A stretch of DNA of 64,000 bases from Alphaproteobacteria bacterium (GCA_900768875.1 CAAGEP010000003.1:333298-397297); one strand, 5' to 3'. Shown: positions 48,831 through 59,024, counted from the stretch's first letter. The notes: generated by a model not told the origin, from the sequence alone. Numbers and translations are program-made.

Positions 48831-50861
48831 CTATTTATTTTTTTTCAACGGCAGCGGCGCGACGGAAACCCGTTCGGGGAAAACGTCAATCAATCTGACG
48901 TTTTGATTGTTTTTGCACACTTCGTCCGCCGTGCATTTTTGAATGACGGTTACACGCGAATCCCGCTCCGCCCCGCGCATATCCATAATCGTTCGGTAGC
49001 CGCGCACGACTTGAACGGTCATGACGACATAAGCGGACATTTTCTTTTTGTTGCGGGCGGAAATCTTGATTTCGTAGAATCCTTCCGACGTTGCAGGCGG
49101 CTTGCCGGACAGCGTAATCGTTTTGGAATCAAAGAACATCCACGGCGGCAACGGTGATCCGTCTATCAAAGTCGCCGTATACGCCACATTATGCCCTAAA
49201 TCCGCTTCGGCAAAAACAGTCGGCGGGATGGTTGCGACGAAACGGGAATCTTCGACCACTTTTTTCATCGGAAGCGTTACGTTCAAAAACACGGGCGGAC
49301 GGTGCATCGGCACAGGCGGCAACTTAGGCGCGTCTTCATTGGTAAAGCGTCCGATGTCCCACGCCCCCATGACGCGTTCCAACGCCGCGGCAATCGTATT
49401 CAAATCGTTTGATGCGAAACCTTCGGGCAACGCGTCCAGCCCCAGAGTCGCAAACATCGTTCCCGTCGCGTCCTGCAATTCGGCAAAGTTCATCGCCATA
49501 CGCAATTTCGCAAACAGCGCGCGCGCCGCAGACGCCACTGTTACGGCTTGAGCCATTTCTTCAAAGTCGTCCGCATTGGCTTCGGCGCTTTTTTGCGCCA
49601 ACAGTTCGGCCACGTTTGAAATTTCAACACTCAGCTGGTAAGTTTCTTTCGCGCCTTGATACCGCGCCCATCCCAAATGAGTCTGCGTCAAAACAGCCAT
49701 GGCGATAACCTGCCGGTTCAAGTTGTCTACGGCCTCCTTGACTTCGGATGTAGTTACCGTTTGCTGCATTTTTATCGGATTCAACAGATTAAAGCCGACT
49801 TGCGCCGCCGCCTGCATCCACGACGAATTGGACAAATACGAATTACTGTCATAATTGGCGGATGCGAACAAATTCAAATTCGGCAACAGTTTCACCAGTG
49901 CTTTTTTGGCTTCCAAACGGGTATTTTGCAATTTATAATCTTCGGCGCGCAACTCGGGTCGGTTCATCAGAGCCAGCCATTCCAACCTGTCCAGATTGGA
50001 ACGGATTTCAGGCAAAACATAATTTCCCTCTTCCGACGCAACCAAACGGAAGCGCGTTCCGGGCTTCAAGTTAATTAAAGCAGCCAGCTTCTCGCGCGCC
50101 ATTTGCAATTCTTTTTTCATTTCGCTTAAATCGCGCATCGTTTCCATCAGCGACATCTGATAAGTCAGCGCCTGCGTGTTCTTTTCCCCTTTGCCGGAAC
50201 GCAGAATTTCCAGAACAGCGGTGGCTTCCTCCATCAAATCGTCGATTTCCGGCATCAGCCGTTCCGCGGCAATCGCGCGCCAAAAGGCTTCGCGCACGTC
50301 CTGCAGCAAAGACTGTACCTGCTTGCGGCGTTCTTCCTTGGAAATCAAAACTTTGTTCATATCCTGCCGCGCCTGATAATAGCTGACACCGAAATCAAGG
50401 ATGTTCCACGACACTTGGATATCCGCAAATCCGTGCGTTTTTTCACCGTACGCCGTCGGATCGGACAAAACCCCCGTTTTCATGGATTTCGACACAACCG
50501 CTTCGTAATTGCTGCGGCCGGAATATCCGGCGTTTGCGGCGATTTGAGGAAGCATATCCACGGAATTCAAATTCAGCTGCTTGACGGTCAAAGCGGTTTC
50601 CATCATTTTCAATCTGGAGCCCAGATTGTATTTCAGCGCGCGCGCCATGGCATCGTACAAGGTCATCGGTTTGAAAACGACATCGGTTCGCTGATCGGCA
50701 AACATTTCTTGAATGTCGCGATCGACGCGGACGGCGCGCTCCCAATCACTCAAAGGCCGAGGCTCGACCGTACAGGCGGCGGCAAAAACCAGCGTCATCC
50801 CTGCCGTCAGAAAAGACGTTCTTTTCCACAATTTCTTTTGTTTTGCAAAGAGGTCTTTCAT
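48831..50861 (-). CDS. TolC-family outer-membrane efflux lipoprotein (NodT/OprM-like) with extra C-terminal Ig-like (cadherin/dystroglycan-type) domain
   Basis: 676 aa; lipobox LVFAAAC; two OEP repeats (...LYDAMARALKYNLGSRLKMME...VSWNILDFGVSYYQARQ...); ~180-aa C-terminal extension with a He_PIG-like segment (AYTATLIDGSPLPPWMFFDSKTITLSGKPPATSEGFYEIKISARN). Confidence 0.65.
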   Translation of the reverse strand: MKDLFAKQKKLWKRTSFLTAGMTLVFAAACTVEPRPLSDWERAVRVDRDIQEMFADQRTDVVFKPMTLYDAMARALKYNLGSRLKMMETALTVKQLNLNSVDMLPQIAANAGYSGRSNYEAVVSKSMKTGVLSDPTAYGEKTHGFADIQVSWNILDFGVSYYQARQDMNKVLISKEERRKQVQSLLQDVREAFWRAIAAERLMPEIDDLMEEATAVLEILRSGKGEKNTQALTYQMSLMETMRDLSEMKKELQMAREKLAALINLKPGTRFRLVASEEGNYVLPEIRSNLDRLEWLALMNRPELRAEDYKLQNTRLEAKKALVKLLPNLNLFASANYDSNSYLSNSSWMQAAAQVGFNLLNPIKMQQTVTTSEVKEAVDNLNRQVIAMAVLTQTHLGWARYQGAKETYQLSVEISNVAELLAQKSAEANADDFEEMAQAVTVASAARALFAKLRMAMNFAELQDATGTMFATLGLDALPEGFASNDLNTIAAALERVMGAWDIGRFTNEDAPKLPPVPMHRPPVFLNVTLPMKKVVEDSRFVATIPPTVFAEADLGHNVAYTATLIDGSPLPPWMFFDSKTITLSGKPPATSEGFYEIKISARNKKKMSAYVVMTVQVVRGYRTIMDMRGAERDSRVTVIQKCTADEVCKNNQNVRLIDVFPERVSVAPLPLKKNK

Positions 50862-51775
50862 TTTTTACCTTCCCGTTCCACAACGCCGCGTATCAGTTTC
50901 AGCAAACGCTTTTGTTCCGATTGTTTTTCGCTTTGAATTTTCGCCGAAAAATCGGACGAGTCAAGCCCCAAATCCAGTTTCACCCAATCCGCGGCGTCCT
51001 GCGCCGAAATTTCAACTGCCGTATTCAAATCCGTCAAATCGCTCACAAGCAGACTAAAAACCGTTTCATCGTAGTTTTTCAACACATTCGCAAGGGCGGT
51101 TTCCGGAAAATATCGGTCGGGATTGGCGGCATAACCGTCCAAAACATCGTTTTTCTGTTCAGCCAGCGCCGCTTCGACTTTTTTGTCATACGGACGCATG
51201 GCGGCATCCAGCTGGGCAAACACAATGTCAATCAAAGCCAACCCTGTTCTGCCGCGATTGAAATCGGCCATTGCATCGACGTCGCGCACCATTTCCTTTT
51301 TGCTTTCATAGTCAAGCGTCATATTGGTCACATCCAAATCCGCGCGATCGATTTGTTTGATAAAATCCACGGCCTGCGCATCCAGCTCCGGATAAGCGGA
51401 CGATGAAAAATCGGCAATAAAATCAACGCCTTGGTTTGTATCCCGTTTTGCATCCGCGAATTCAAAATTACGTTCAATGGCATCAACTTTCCAAAAATGG
51501 GCATCAGCCTGTATTTCCTCGTTTTGAACGGGGACATCGTAATCCCATAAATAATAAGCCAAATCGTCCCCGATTGCCCCCGACCGCCACACTTCGCGAA
51601 TAGGCAGACTTTGCAAATAAGGGCGCGTTAAAATCTTGTCTAAAGCGTATGCGTTGTCGTTCGGATACAAAAACACGCCTTTTTGTTCGGCACAGACGCT
51701 CCGGCCAGACAAGACCGCCGCTAAAAAAGCGATTGTTTTTATACATTTGCAAACTTTTTTCAAAGCGGCCGCCAT
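50858..51775 (-). CDS. secreted hypothetical protein, translationally coupled to TolC-like gene
   Basis: 305 aa; signal peptide (IAFLAAVLSGRSVCA); acidic; ATGA overlap with the downstream TolC-family gene. Confidence 0.45.
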   Translation of the reverse strand: MAAALKKVCKCIKTIAFLAAVLSGRSVCAEQKGVFLYPNDNAYALDKILTRPYLQSLPIREVWRSGAIGDDLAYYLWDYDVPVQNEEIQADAHFWKVDAIERNFEFADAKRDTNQGVDFIADFSSSAYPELDAQAVDFIKQIDRADLDVTNMTLDYESKKEMVRDVDAMADFNRGRTGLALIDIVFAQLDAAMRPYDKKVEAALAEQKNDVLDGYAANPDRYFPETALANVLKNYDETVFSLLVSDLTDLNTAVEISAQDAADWVKLDLGLDSSDFSAKIQSEKQSEQKRLLKLIRGVVEREGKK

Positions 51776-51898
51776 AGATTGTTTATCCGATTTGTTTATT
51801 TTGCAGGAAAAAAGCTAAAAAAGTCTAAAGAAAACAAATGACTTTGCGGCTTAAAACAGGTATATTCCGTGCAGATATCAATCAAACAGGAGGTTTCC

Positions 51899-53095
51899 AT
51901 GACTCAAACGGCTCCGCGCGGGGAACGGCTGAATATCGGGCTGTTCGGACGCAGAAACGCGGGAAAATCGTCCCTTTTGAACGCTTTGTGCGGACAGGAA
52001 GTTTCCATTGTTTCCGCCGTCGCGGGAACGACAACCGACGCCGTATCCAAAATTTACGAGCTCATCCCCGTTGGTCCCGTTACATTCTTTGACACGGCGG
52101 GCGTGGACGACAAGGGCGAAGTCGGACAAAAACGCGTGGATGCCACCATGCGCGTTATGAAAAAAGTCGACATCGCCATGGTCATCACCGACGAAACGGG
52201 CGTCGGAGCAGAGGAAGACACTCTTATCAAAGAATTGAAAGAACTGAACGTTCCCTTTGTCGTTGTGTTTAACAAATGCGACAAAGTCAACATCACGGGC
52301 TACGGTTTCGATTTCCCGACGATTTCCGTTTCCGCCAAAGACGGCGCGAATATCGAGGAATTGAAAGCTTTGCTGAAAAGCCTTGTCCCCGAATCCTTTA
52401 AAAAGCGTCCGCCTTTGGTCGCCGACTTAATCAAAGCTGGCGACACGGTCGTTTGCATTGCCCCGATTGACGCTTCCGCGCCGAAAGGACGCTTGATTTT
52501 ACCGCAAGTCCAAGTCATCCGCGACATTCTGGACACGGGCGCGTATGCTTACACCGTGCAGAATCAAAACGATTACAAAGCGGTCGAAGCCAACTTGAAA
52601 ACTCCGCCGGCTTTGGTGATTACGGATTCCCAGCTTATCCGCGCGGTTGCCGAAACCGTGCCGCAAACGGTGCCGCTGACGACATTTTCAACGCTTTTCG
52701 CCCGTTATAAAGGCGACTTTGAAACGCTGTTGCACGGCGCGCGGAAATTGCAGCAGCTGACAGACGATAGTCGCGTTTTAATTGCGGAAGCCTGCTCCCA
52801 CCACGTCCAAGACGACGACATCGCCCGCGTTAAAATGCCCGCTTTGATTCAAAAAGCATGCGCGGGAAAAATTGATTTCAACTGGTGCGCGGGCGTTGAT
52901 TTTCCCGACGATTTGGGCGATTACGATTTGGTCGTGCATTGCGGCGGGTGCATGCTGACGCGGCAGGAAACCCTGCGCCGTTTGAACGAGTGCGTACGGT
53001 CGAATGTTCCCGTAACCAACTTCGGCATGGCGTTATCGGCGGTTCAAGGCGTTCTTGACCGTGTAACCGCGCCGTTTTTCGGGACAAGCAAATGA
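51899..53095 (+). CDS. hydF: [FeFe]-hydrogenase H-cluster maturation GTPase HydF
   Basis: ~398 aa from MTQTAPRGERLNIGLFGRRNAGKSSLLNAL (AGGAGG RBS); GTPase G1-G4 motifs, C-terminal CxH...CxxC Fe-S ligands (EACSHH...HCGGC). Confidence 0.8.
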   Translation: MTQTAPRGERLNIGLFGRRNAGKSSLLNALCGQEVSIVSAVAGTTTDAVSKIYELIPVGPVTFFDTAGVDDKGEVGQKRVDATMRVMKKVDIAMVITDETGVGAEEDTLIKELKELNVPFVVVFNKCDKVNITGYGFDFPTISVSAKDGANIEELKALLKSLVPESFKKRPPLVADLIKAGDTVVCIAPIDASAPKGRLILPQVQVIRDILDTGAYAYTVQNQNDYKAVEANLKTPPALVITDSQLIRAVAETVPQTVPLTTFSTLFARYKGDFETLLHGARKLQQLTDDSRVLIAEACSHHVQDDDIARVKMPALIQKACAGKIDFNWCAGVDFPDDLGDYDLVVHCGGCMLTRQETLRRLNECVRSNVPVTNFGMALSAVQGVLDRVTAPFFGTSK

Positions 53096-53358
53096 AGCGC
53101 GCCGTTATTGCCGCCGCTTTGCTTCTGGCGGGATGCGCCTTAGCTCCGTCAAATGACGAGCTTCCTTTTTACGAACGAAGCTACGCCCTTCCCCTTGAAG
53201 CGCGCGAATGGGCGAAGACCGCCCCGCTGAAAGACTTGTGCCAAGCCACCAAGAACTGGCGTCCCGACGCCATTCGCGAAGCCGCTTTGAACGAGATTTA
53301 CGCCCGTCATATCGACACTCGCGCCTGTTATTACACGGGCATGGAACTGACACCGTGA
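53092..53358 (+). CDS. small lipoprotein
   Basis: 88 aa; lipobox LLLAGC; ATGA overlap with the hydF stop. Confidence 0.45.
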   Translation: MKRAVIAAALLLAGCALAPSNDELPFYERSYALPLEAREWAKTAPLKDLCQATKNWRPDAIREAALNEIYARHIDTRACYYTGMELTP

Positions 53359-53372
53359 CGAAAGGATGTCCG

Positions 53373-54044
53373 ATGAACCTGAAACTGACCGAAAAATTGA
53401 ACGAAGCCCGTTCTTTGAAGCGCGCTTTCAAATTGCCCGAAACGATTGAAGCGTTAAAAGAATGTTTGGCAATCGATCCGCATTGCGTCATCGCGTCGGC
53501 GCAGGCGGGAGTATGCTCGCTGATGACGGGCGAAGTCGAACAGGCGGAAAGCTTTTTAAAACAAGCGGTCGAGGACACAAACAAAACGGACACGCCCGTT
53601 TTGGCGTTTTACACGGCGGCTTTGATTGCGAACGGCAAAGATTGCGGGGAATACCTCCCCTTGTGTCCCGATTTGCAGGACACCCTGCTGTTGGTCGCGG
53701 AAATGCTGAGCGAAAAGGACAAACACGATGCGGTTTTGCGCTTGATTGAAGTGCTGTCCGAAAAATATCTGAATACGGATTTATTCAAAACGCCGAAAGC
53801 GCATTACCGCCTTATCCGTCTGTTGGCGCGCGCGGGCGAAACGGCGCTTGCCGCCGATTTGGCAAACGGACTGGAAGCGGAAACTCCCAATTCTTGGGAA
53901 GGATTGGCGGCACAAGCCGCCGTCGAAATGGCGAAAAAAGACTACGACAAAGCGTATTCCCTGACGGTCAGAGCTTTGCAGCACGGCGGATCAAGCAACC
54001 CGATGCTGGCAGCGCAACAGCATTGGCTGGCGTTGAACAAATAA
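53373..54044 (+). CDS. hypothetical helical (TPR-like) protein
   Basis: 223 aa from MNLKLTEKLNEARSLKRAF...; AAAGGA RBS; the ORF-track extension to 53208 is rejected. Confidence 0.4.
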   Translation: MNLKLTEKLNEARSLKRAFKLPETIEALKECLAIDPHCVIASAQAGVCSLMTGEVEQAESFLKQAVEDTNKTDTPVLAFYTAALIANGKDCGEYLPLCPDLQDTLLLVAEMLSEKDKHDAVLRLIEVLSEKYLNTDLFKTPKAHYRLIRLLARAGETALAADLANGLEAETPNSWEGLAAQAAVEMAKKDYDKAYSLTVRALQHGGSSNPMLAAQQHWLALNK

Positions 54045-54070
54045 TTCGCCGCCCGTCCCGCAAAAGCAAA

Positions 54071-54100
54071 ACGCCCCGCTGTTGTCAACGGGGCGTCTTT
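54071..54100. terminator. bidirectional intrinsic terminator between convergent genes (TPR-like / serS)
   Basis: ACGCCCCG-CTGTTGTCAA-CGGGGCGT stem with flanking A-run and T-rich tract. Confidence 0.7.
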
Positions 54101-54114
54101 GTAAGGAATGACCT

Positions 54115-55392
54115 TCAGTTCTTCGCGGCAATAACCGTTTGACCGTTCATATATTTCTGCAAAGCTTCGGGGATTAAGACCGATCCGTCCGCCTGCTGAT
54201 AGTTTTCCATCACGGCAATCATGCAGCGACCGACCGCAACGCCCGAACCGTTCAGCGTATGGACAAAGCGCGTTCCTTTCTGCGCTTTGTTTTTGCAGCG
54301 GGCGTCCATGCGGCGCGCTTGGAAATCCCAGCAGTTGGAAACGCTTGAAATTTCGCGGTATTTGTTCTGACCGGGCATCCAAACTTCCAAATCGTGGGTT
54401 TTGCGCGACGAAAATCCCATATCGCCCGCGGACAGGCACATCACGCGGTACGGCAAGTTCAAGCCCTGCAAAACGTCTTCGGCGCATTGGGTCATGTATT
54501 CGTGTTCTTCCCACGATTTTTCGGGCGTGGTGATTGCGACCATTTCGACTTTGTAGAACTGGTGCTGACGAATCATGCCGCGCGTGTCTTTGCCCGCCGC
54601 CCCCGCTTCGGAACGGAAACACGGCGTCAAAGCCGTCAAACGCAAAGGCAGTTTGTCTTCGTCCAGCGCTTTGCCCGCGACAAAGTTCGTCAAGCTGACC
54701 TCCGCCGTCGGAATCAGCCAGTAGTCATCCGTCGTGTGGTACAAATCTTCCGCGAACTTGGGCAGCTGAGCCGTGCCGTACATCGCCGAGCTGTTGACCA
54801 TCAAAGGCACTTCCATTTCGATATAGCCGTGCTTTTCACGGTGCAAATCCAGCATATATTGCGCCAAAGCCCGTTCCAGACGCGCCAAATCGCCCAACAG
54901 ATACACAAACCGCGCGCCGGAAACGCGAGCGGCCTGATCAAAGTCCATCATGCCCAGTTTGGCGCCGATTTCGTCATGTTCCAACGGCTTGAAGTCGAAC
55001 TTGCGCGGTTCGCCCCAGCGGCGGATTTCGCGGTTTGTCGTGTCGTCCAATCCGTCGGGAATGTCGTCGGCGGGACGGTTCGGCAGGCGTTCCAAAACAT
55101 GGTCGATTTGTTCGCAAATGACGCGGACGTCTTCTTCGGTATCCGCCATGCTGCGTTTCAGCGCGCCGACTTCGTGCATCAAAACGTCGGCGTCTCCGCC
55201 GTTCTTTTTGACTTCGGCGATTTGGCGGGACAAATCGTTGCGGCGGCTCTGCATATCCTGCAAATCGGTTTGCGCGGCGCGATATTTCTTGTCCAAATCC
55301 AAAACTTCGGCGGAACGGGGCGGCAATCCGCGGCGTTCAAGTCCTTTGTCGAACAATTCGGGATTTTCCCGTATCCATTTAATGTCGTACAT
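54115..55392 (-). CDS. serS: serine--tRNA ligase
   Basis: 425 aa; N-terminal coiled-coil arm; class II motifs ([21 protein letters not shown]). Confidence 0.9.
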   Translation of the reverse strand: MYDIKWIRENPELFDKGLERRGLPPRSAEVLDLDKKYRAAQTDLQDMQSRRNDLSRQIAEVKKNGGDADVLMHEVGALKRSMADTEEDVRVICEQIDHVLERLPNRPADDIPDGLDDTTNREIRRWGEPRKFDFKPLEHDEIGAKLGMMDFDQAARVSGARFVYLLGDLARLERALAQYMLDLHREKHGYIEMEVPLMVNSSAMYGTAQLPKFAEDLYHTTDDYWLIPTAEVSLTNFVAGKALDEDKLPLRLTALTPCFRSEAGAAGKDTRGMIRQHQFYKVEMVAITTPEKSWEEHEYMTQCAEDVLQGLNLPYRVMCLSAGDMGFSSRKTHDLEVWMPGQNKYREISSVSNCWDFQARRMDARCKNKAQKGTRFVHTLNGSGVAVGRCMIAVMENYQQADGSVLIPEALQKYMNGQTVIAAKN

Positions 55393-55429
55393 GACTGGCT
55401 CCTCATAAAAAAGTTATGCCCTTATAAAC

Positions 55430-56161
55430 CTATTTTTGTTTTTTTTCAAGGGCGCGAATGGACAAAATCGAGCTTTCATACAAAAAAATCAGCGGACACG
55501 CCAAAGCAAACTGACTGATGACATCGGGCGGCGTCAAAACGGCGGCGACGATGAAAATCAGCACAATCGCATACCGACGCCCCGAAACAAGCGTTTGCGC
55601 CGTTATCAGCCCCAGCTTTGCCAATACGACCAACACAATCGGAAGCTGAAAGCTTGCCCCGAACGCCAAAATCAACGTCATCACAAAGGACAGGTATTCG
55701 GCAATCCGCGCTTCCAAAACGATAGGCAAAGCGTCCTTTTCCAGCTGTTGAAAAGACAGCAGAAACTTAAACGCGGCGGGCGCAATCAAATAAAACACAA
55801 AACACGCCCCCGCCGCAAACAACAGCGGAGACACAAAAAACAGCGGTTTGACAAAGCTTCGTTCCGACGGGTACAGCGCGGGCGCGACGAAACGCCACGC
55901 TTGAAACGCAACAAACGGGAAACTGACGACCGCCGCCGAAAAGGCGGATACTTTCAAATGAACGATAAAGCCTTCCGCCACGCCCGTGAAAATGGCGCGC
56001 TCCGCCCCGCCCGCCGACTTCATTGCTTGCGCCAAGGGCAGCATCAGGTATTTCAGCACTTCGCCCGAAAACGGATAAACGCATAAAAACGCCGCCGTAA
56101 AAAACACAAACGCTTTCAATAAACGACTGCGCGCTTCGGTCAAATGACCGACCCAAGTCAT
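55430..56161 (-). CDS. tatC: twin-arginine translocase subunit TatC
   Basis: ~243 aa from MTWVGHLTEARSRLLKAFVFF; 6-TM TatC topology; the ORF-track start at 56215 would overlap tatB by 35 nt and is not preferred. Confidence 0.8.
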   Translation of the reverse strand: MTWVGHLTEARSRLLKAFVFFTAAFLCVYPFSGEVLKYLMLPLAQAMKSAGGAERAIFTGVAEGFIVHLKVSAFSAAVVSFPFVAFQAWRFVAPALYPSERSFVKPLFFVSPLLFAAGACFVFYLIAPAAFKFLLSFQQLEKDALPIVLEARIAEYLSFVMTLILAFGASFQLPIVLVVLAKLGLITAQTLVSGRRYAIVLIFIVAAVLTPPDVISQFALACPLIFLYESSILSIRALEKKQK

Positions 56162-56180
56162 CACTTTTTCATCTTCGGAT

Positions 56181-56411
56181 TCAAGATTGTCCGTTGTTTC
56201 CGTCATCTTTTTCATTCGTCAGTTTGTCGGCGATTTTATCGGCATCATACATAGTATCGTCAATGACTTGCGACACTTTCCTAATAAATCGGTTCAGTTT
56301 TCTGTACGCCCTGCCCGCCGTCCGCAAAACCTGCGGCAGCTGTTTCGGTCCGACGACCAAAACGGCAATCAAGACGATAACCGCAAATTCAGCCGAACTG
56401 ATGCCGAACAC
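56181..56411 (-). CDS. tatB: twin-arginine translocase subunit TatB
   Basis: 76 aa; MFGISSAEFAVIVLIAVLVVGPKQLP (TatA/B TM plus hinge); GTG start overlapping the tatA stop. Confidence 0.7.
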   Translation of the reverse strand: MFGISSAEFAVIVLIAVLVVGPKQLPQVLRTAGRAYRKLNRFIRKVSQVIDDTMYDADKIADKLTNEKDDGNNGQS

Positions 56412-56578
56412 TATTCTTTGTCCTGTTTTTCATCGGTTTTGTCGGCATCTTCGACGCCTTTTTTGAAAGCCTTGATGCTTTTGCCCAAATCTTCCGCCAA
56501 AGCGGGCAGCTTGCCGCGCCCGAACAACACCAGCACAATCAGCAAAATGACCAACAACTGAAATAAACTGATACCCAT
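56411..56578 (-). CDS. tatA: twin-arginine translocase subunit TatA
   Basis: 55 aa, MGISLFQLLVILLIVLVLFGRGKLPALAEDLGKSIKAFKKG...; not in the ORF track (<60 aa); first gene of tatABC. Confidence 0.7.
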   Translation of the reverse strand: MGISLFQLLVILLIVLVLFGRGKLPALAEDLGKSIKAFKKGVEDADKTDEKQDKE

Positions 56579-56587
56579 GGAAACCTC

Positions 56588-57268
56588 CTACACAATTCCG
56601 AACAGCGCAACAAAGAAAGACAACATCCCTTTGACGGCAAAAGCCAAATACCGTCCGACAATATCCAAATCAACGCCGATTTCATCGCCCAGCAGCGGCA
56701 AACCGATAAGCAAAACCACCATCACGGGCAACCCGTATTTTTCCGTTCCCGCAAACCGCACCGCGGCGGGAAGCGGCAGCAATCCCGTCAAAATCCGCCC
56801 GCCGTCCATCGGCAAAACAGGCAGCAGATTGAATATCATCACCGAAAAATTAAACACGGCGGTCTGCGACAGGAAAAATACGGCAGGCTTGCTGAACACG
56901 TCGGCGTGCGCCATAACGGCAAGGACGCCCAAAGCCAGCAACCCCAAAACAAAATTGGTCGCAGGCCCCGCCAAAGCGACCCAAACCATATCTTTTTTGG
57001 GATTTTTCAGCGCGCTGAAGTTCACGGGAACGGGCTTTGCCCATCCGAACAAAAACGGCGCGTTGGACAAGAACAGCAACAACGGAAAAACAATCGTGCC
57101 GAACACATCGACATGACGCAAAGGGTTCACGCTCAGTCTGCCGTTGTCTTTTGCCGTTGTGTCGCCGAAAAAACAAGCGACTACGCCGTGCGCGATTTCA
57201 TGCAGCAGCACGGCGGGAACAACCGCCAAAACCATCAACAGCAAATAAAGCGTTTTGTCGTCAGGCAT
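56588..57268 (-). CDS. site-2 protease family (M50) zinc metalloprotease
   Basis: 226 aa; HEIAHG (HExxH) in TM1, multi-TM. Confidence 0.7.
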   Translation of the reverse strand: MPDDKTLYLLLMVLAVVPAVLLHEIAHGVVACFFGDTTAKDNGRLSVNPLRHVDVFGTIVFPLLLFLSNAPFLFGWAKPVPVNFSALKNPKKDMVWVALAGPATNFVLGLLALGVLAVMAHADVFSKPAVFFLSQTAVFNFSVMIFNLLPVLPMDGGRILTGLLPLPAAVRFAGTEKYGLPVMVVLLIGLPLLGDEIGVDLDIVGRYLAFAVKGMLSFFVALFGIV

Positions 57269-58243
57269 TTATTCCCCTGCCAAAATTTTCTGTCCGCGAC
57301 AATAGCGTTCCCACGCCTTTTCCGTCAAAGGTTTGACGGCGGACGCGATTTTTTTCATTTCTTTCATATCGCCGTTGCAGTGCAAAACGGCATCGCATCC
57401 CGCGGCAATCGCCTGCTTGGTCAAATCGGCAAAACCGCCGCTTAACGCTTTCATCGACAAATCGTCGCAAATCAGGAAGCCGTCAAATCCGATTTCACCG
57501 CGAATAACGGTTTCAATGACCTTTTCGGACAGGGAAGCGGGCTTTTTCGCGTCTATGGCGGTGTAAAGCAAATGCGCGGTCATCGCCCAAGGCGACAATT
57601 CCGCCAAAGCCTTAAACGGCTTGAAATCCGTTTCTTTCAGCGTTTCAAAGTCCGTATCGACGACGGGTAAATCAAAGTGACTGTCCGTTTTGGCGCGCCC
57701 GTGTCCCGGAATATGCTTGATAACGGGTAAAACGCCCTCTTGCATCAAGCTTTCACACGCAACGGCGCCCAGTTCCGCAACGACATCGGGGTCGAAAGAA
57801 AACGGACGGTCGCCGACGACTTGCGGATTCGCGCCGTCGACGGGAACGTCCAGAACGGGCGAACAGTCCACGTTAAAGCCCGATTCCGCCAGTTCGCGCC
57901 CGATTGCCGAAAAATTCTTGCGGCACAATTCCCGAGCGACATCCTTGTCCAGCCCGTCCCAATCACCAAACGCTTTTTGCGCGGGAAACACGCTCCAGTA
58001 CGGCGGCTTCAAGCGCGCGACGCGCCCGCCCTCTTGGTCGACCAAGACGGGAGCGTCGGGTCTGTCCGTGCAAGCCCGCAAATCGGCAATCAACGCCTTG
58101 ACTTGATCGGGCGTTTCAATGTTGCGCGCGAACAGGATAAAGCCGACGGGATTGACGGCGGTAAAGAACTTTTTTTCCTCTTTGGACAATGACTTGCCCG
58201 CACAGCCGAAAATGACGGCGGACGGATGTTTATTTGTTGACAA
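57269..58243 (-). CDS. nagZ: beta-N-acetylhexosaminidase (GH3)
   Basis: GH3 N-domain motifs (KHIPGHGRA..D.H); the ATG-less N-terminal region overlaps the SPOR gene; a TTG at 58243 preceded by AGGAG is the most plausible start (the ORF-track start at 58375 would overlap SPOR by 146 nt). Confidence 0.65.
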   Translation of the reverse strand: MSTNKHPSAVIFGCAGKSLSKEEKKFFTAVNPVGFILFARNIETPDQVKALIADLRACTDRPDAPVLVDQEGGRVARLKPPYWSVFPAQKAFGDWDGLDKDVARELCRKNFSAIGRELAESGFNVDCSPVLDVPVDGANPQVVGDRPFSFDPDVVAELGAVACESLMQEGVLPVIKHIPGHGRAKTDSHFDLPVVDTDFETLKETDFKPFKALAELSPWAMTAHLLYTAIDAKKPASLSEKVIETVIRGEIGFDGFLICDDLSMKALSGGFADLTKQAIAAGCDAVLHCNGDMKEMKKIASAVKPLTEKAWERYCRGQKILAGE

Positions 58244-59024
58244 CGAAGCACTCCTGTTTTTTGGCTTTGAATTTATCGCACAGCGTTTTGGCGTCGTCGC
58301 GCGCGGCAAAATCCCCGACGCGCAGTCTGTAAAAAGTCCCCTTGTCCGACGTCGTTTCCGAAATATGATGAGCAATCTTTGACATCAGTTCGGGATGTTT
58401 TTTGGACAAACGCCTAAATTCGTCCTCCGCCGATTTTCGCGAACGCGCGGAAACCAGCTGAACACTGAAAGCTTTTTCGTTTGTTTTGGCGTCATCCTTT
58501 GGTTCGGGGGCTTTTTTAACCTCTTTGACGGGAGCTTTCTTTTCCAGTTTCGGCGCGGTTTCGACGGTTTTAAAGACGACTTCGACCGCCTGCCCGTCCT
58601 CATCCTTGACAATCGCGGCGGCGGGTTCGTGTTCGGCTTCAACCTTTTCGACCAAAGCGGCGATGGCATCCTCGGGCAAAGGTTGAGCGGGCGCGACAGG
58701 CTTTTCCGTCGGGGCAAGCAGCCGTTCGACGGGCAATTCGCCGGAGTTTTGGCGCAAGCGTTCGTACACCATTTTGTCGCGGTTCGGCACATCCAGCCCG
58801 CCCGCGAACTTCGGCGGCATGCCGTCGGGTGCCGTATCGGCGCGAATAATCGGCAGTTCGCCGTTTGCCGTTCCCGACAGCGACACATACTTGCCGAACG
58901 TCAGTCCCCCGATTGCCACGGCAACCACAACGCCGATGCCGACGCCGATTAAAATGGCGGGGCGTTTTCTGCGCTGTTCAAGCCGTTCTTCGCGAAACGA
59001 GGAAAAAGCGTCGTCGTTCATCAA
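58230..59024 (-). CDS. SPOR-domain (septal peptidoglycan-binding) protein
   Basis: 264 aa; N-terminal TM, Pro/Ala/Lys/Glu-rich linker, C-terminal SPOR domain (AFSVQLVSARSRKSAEDEFRRL...FYRLRVGDF). Confidence 0.75.
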   Translation of the reverse strand: MMNDDAFSSFREERLEQRRKRPAILIGVGIGVVVAVAIGGLTFGKYVSLSGTANGELPIIRADTAPDGMPPKFAGGLDVPNRDKMVYERLRQNSGELPVERLLAPTEKPVAPAQPLPEDAIAALVEKVEAEHEPAAAIVKDEDGQAVEVVFKTVETAPKLEKKAPVKEVKKAPEPKDDAKTNEKAFSVQLVSARSRKSAEDEFRRLSKKHPELMSKIAHHISETTSDKGTFYRLRVGDFAARDDAKTLCDKFKAKKQECFVVNK

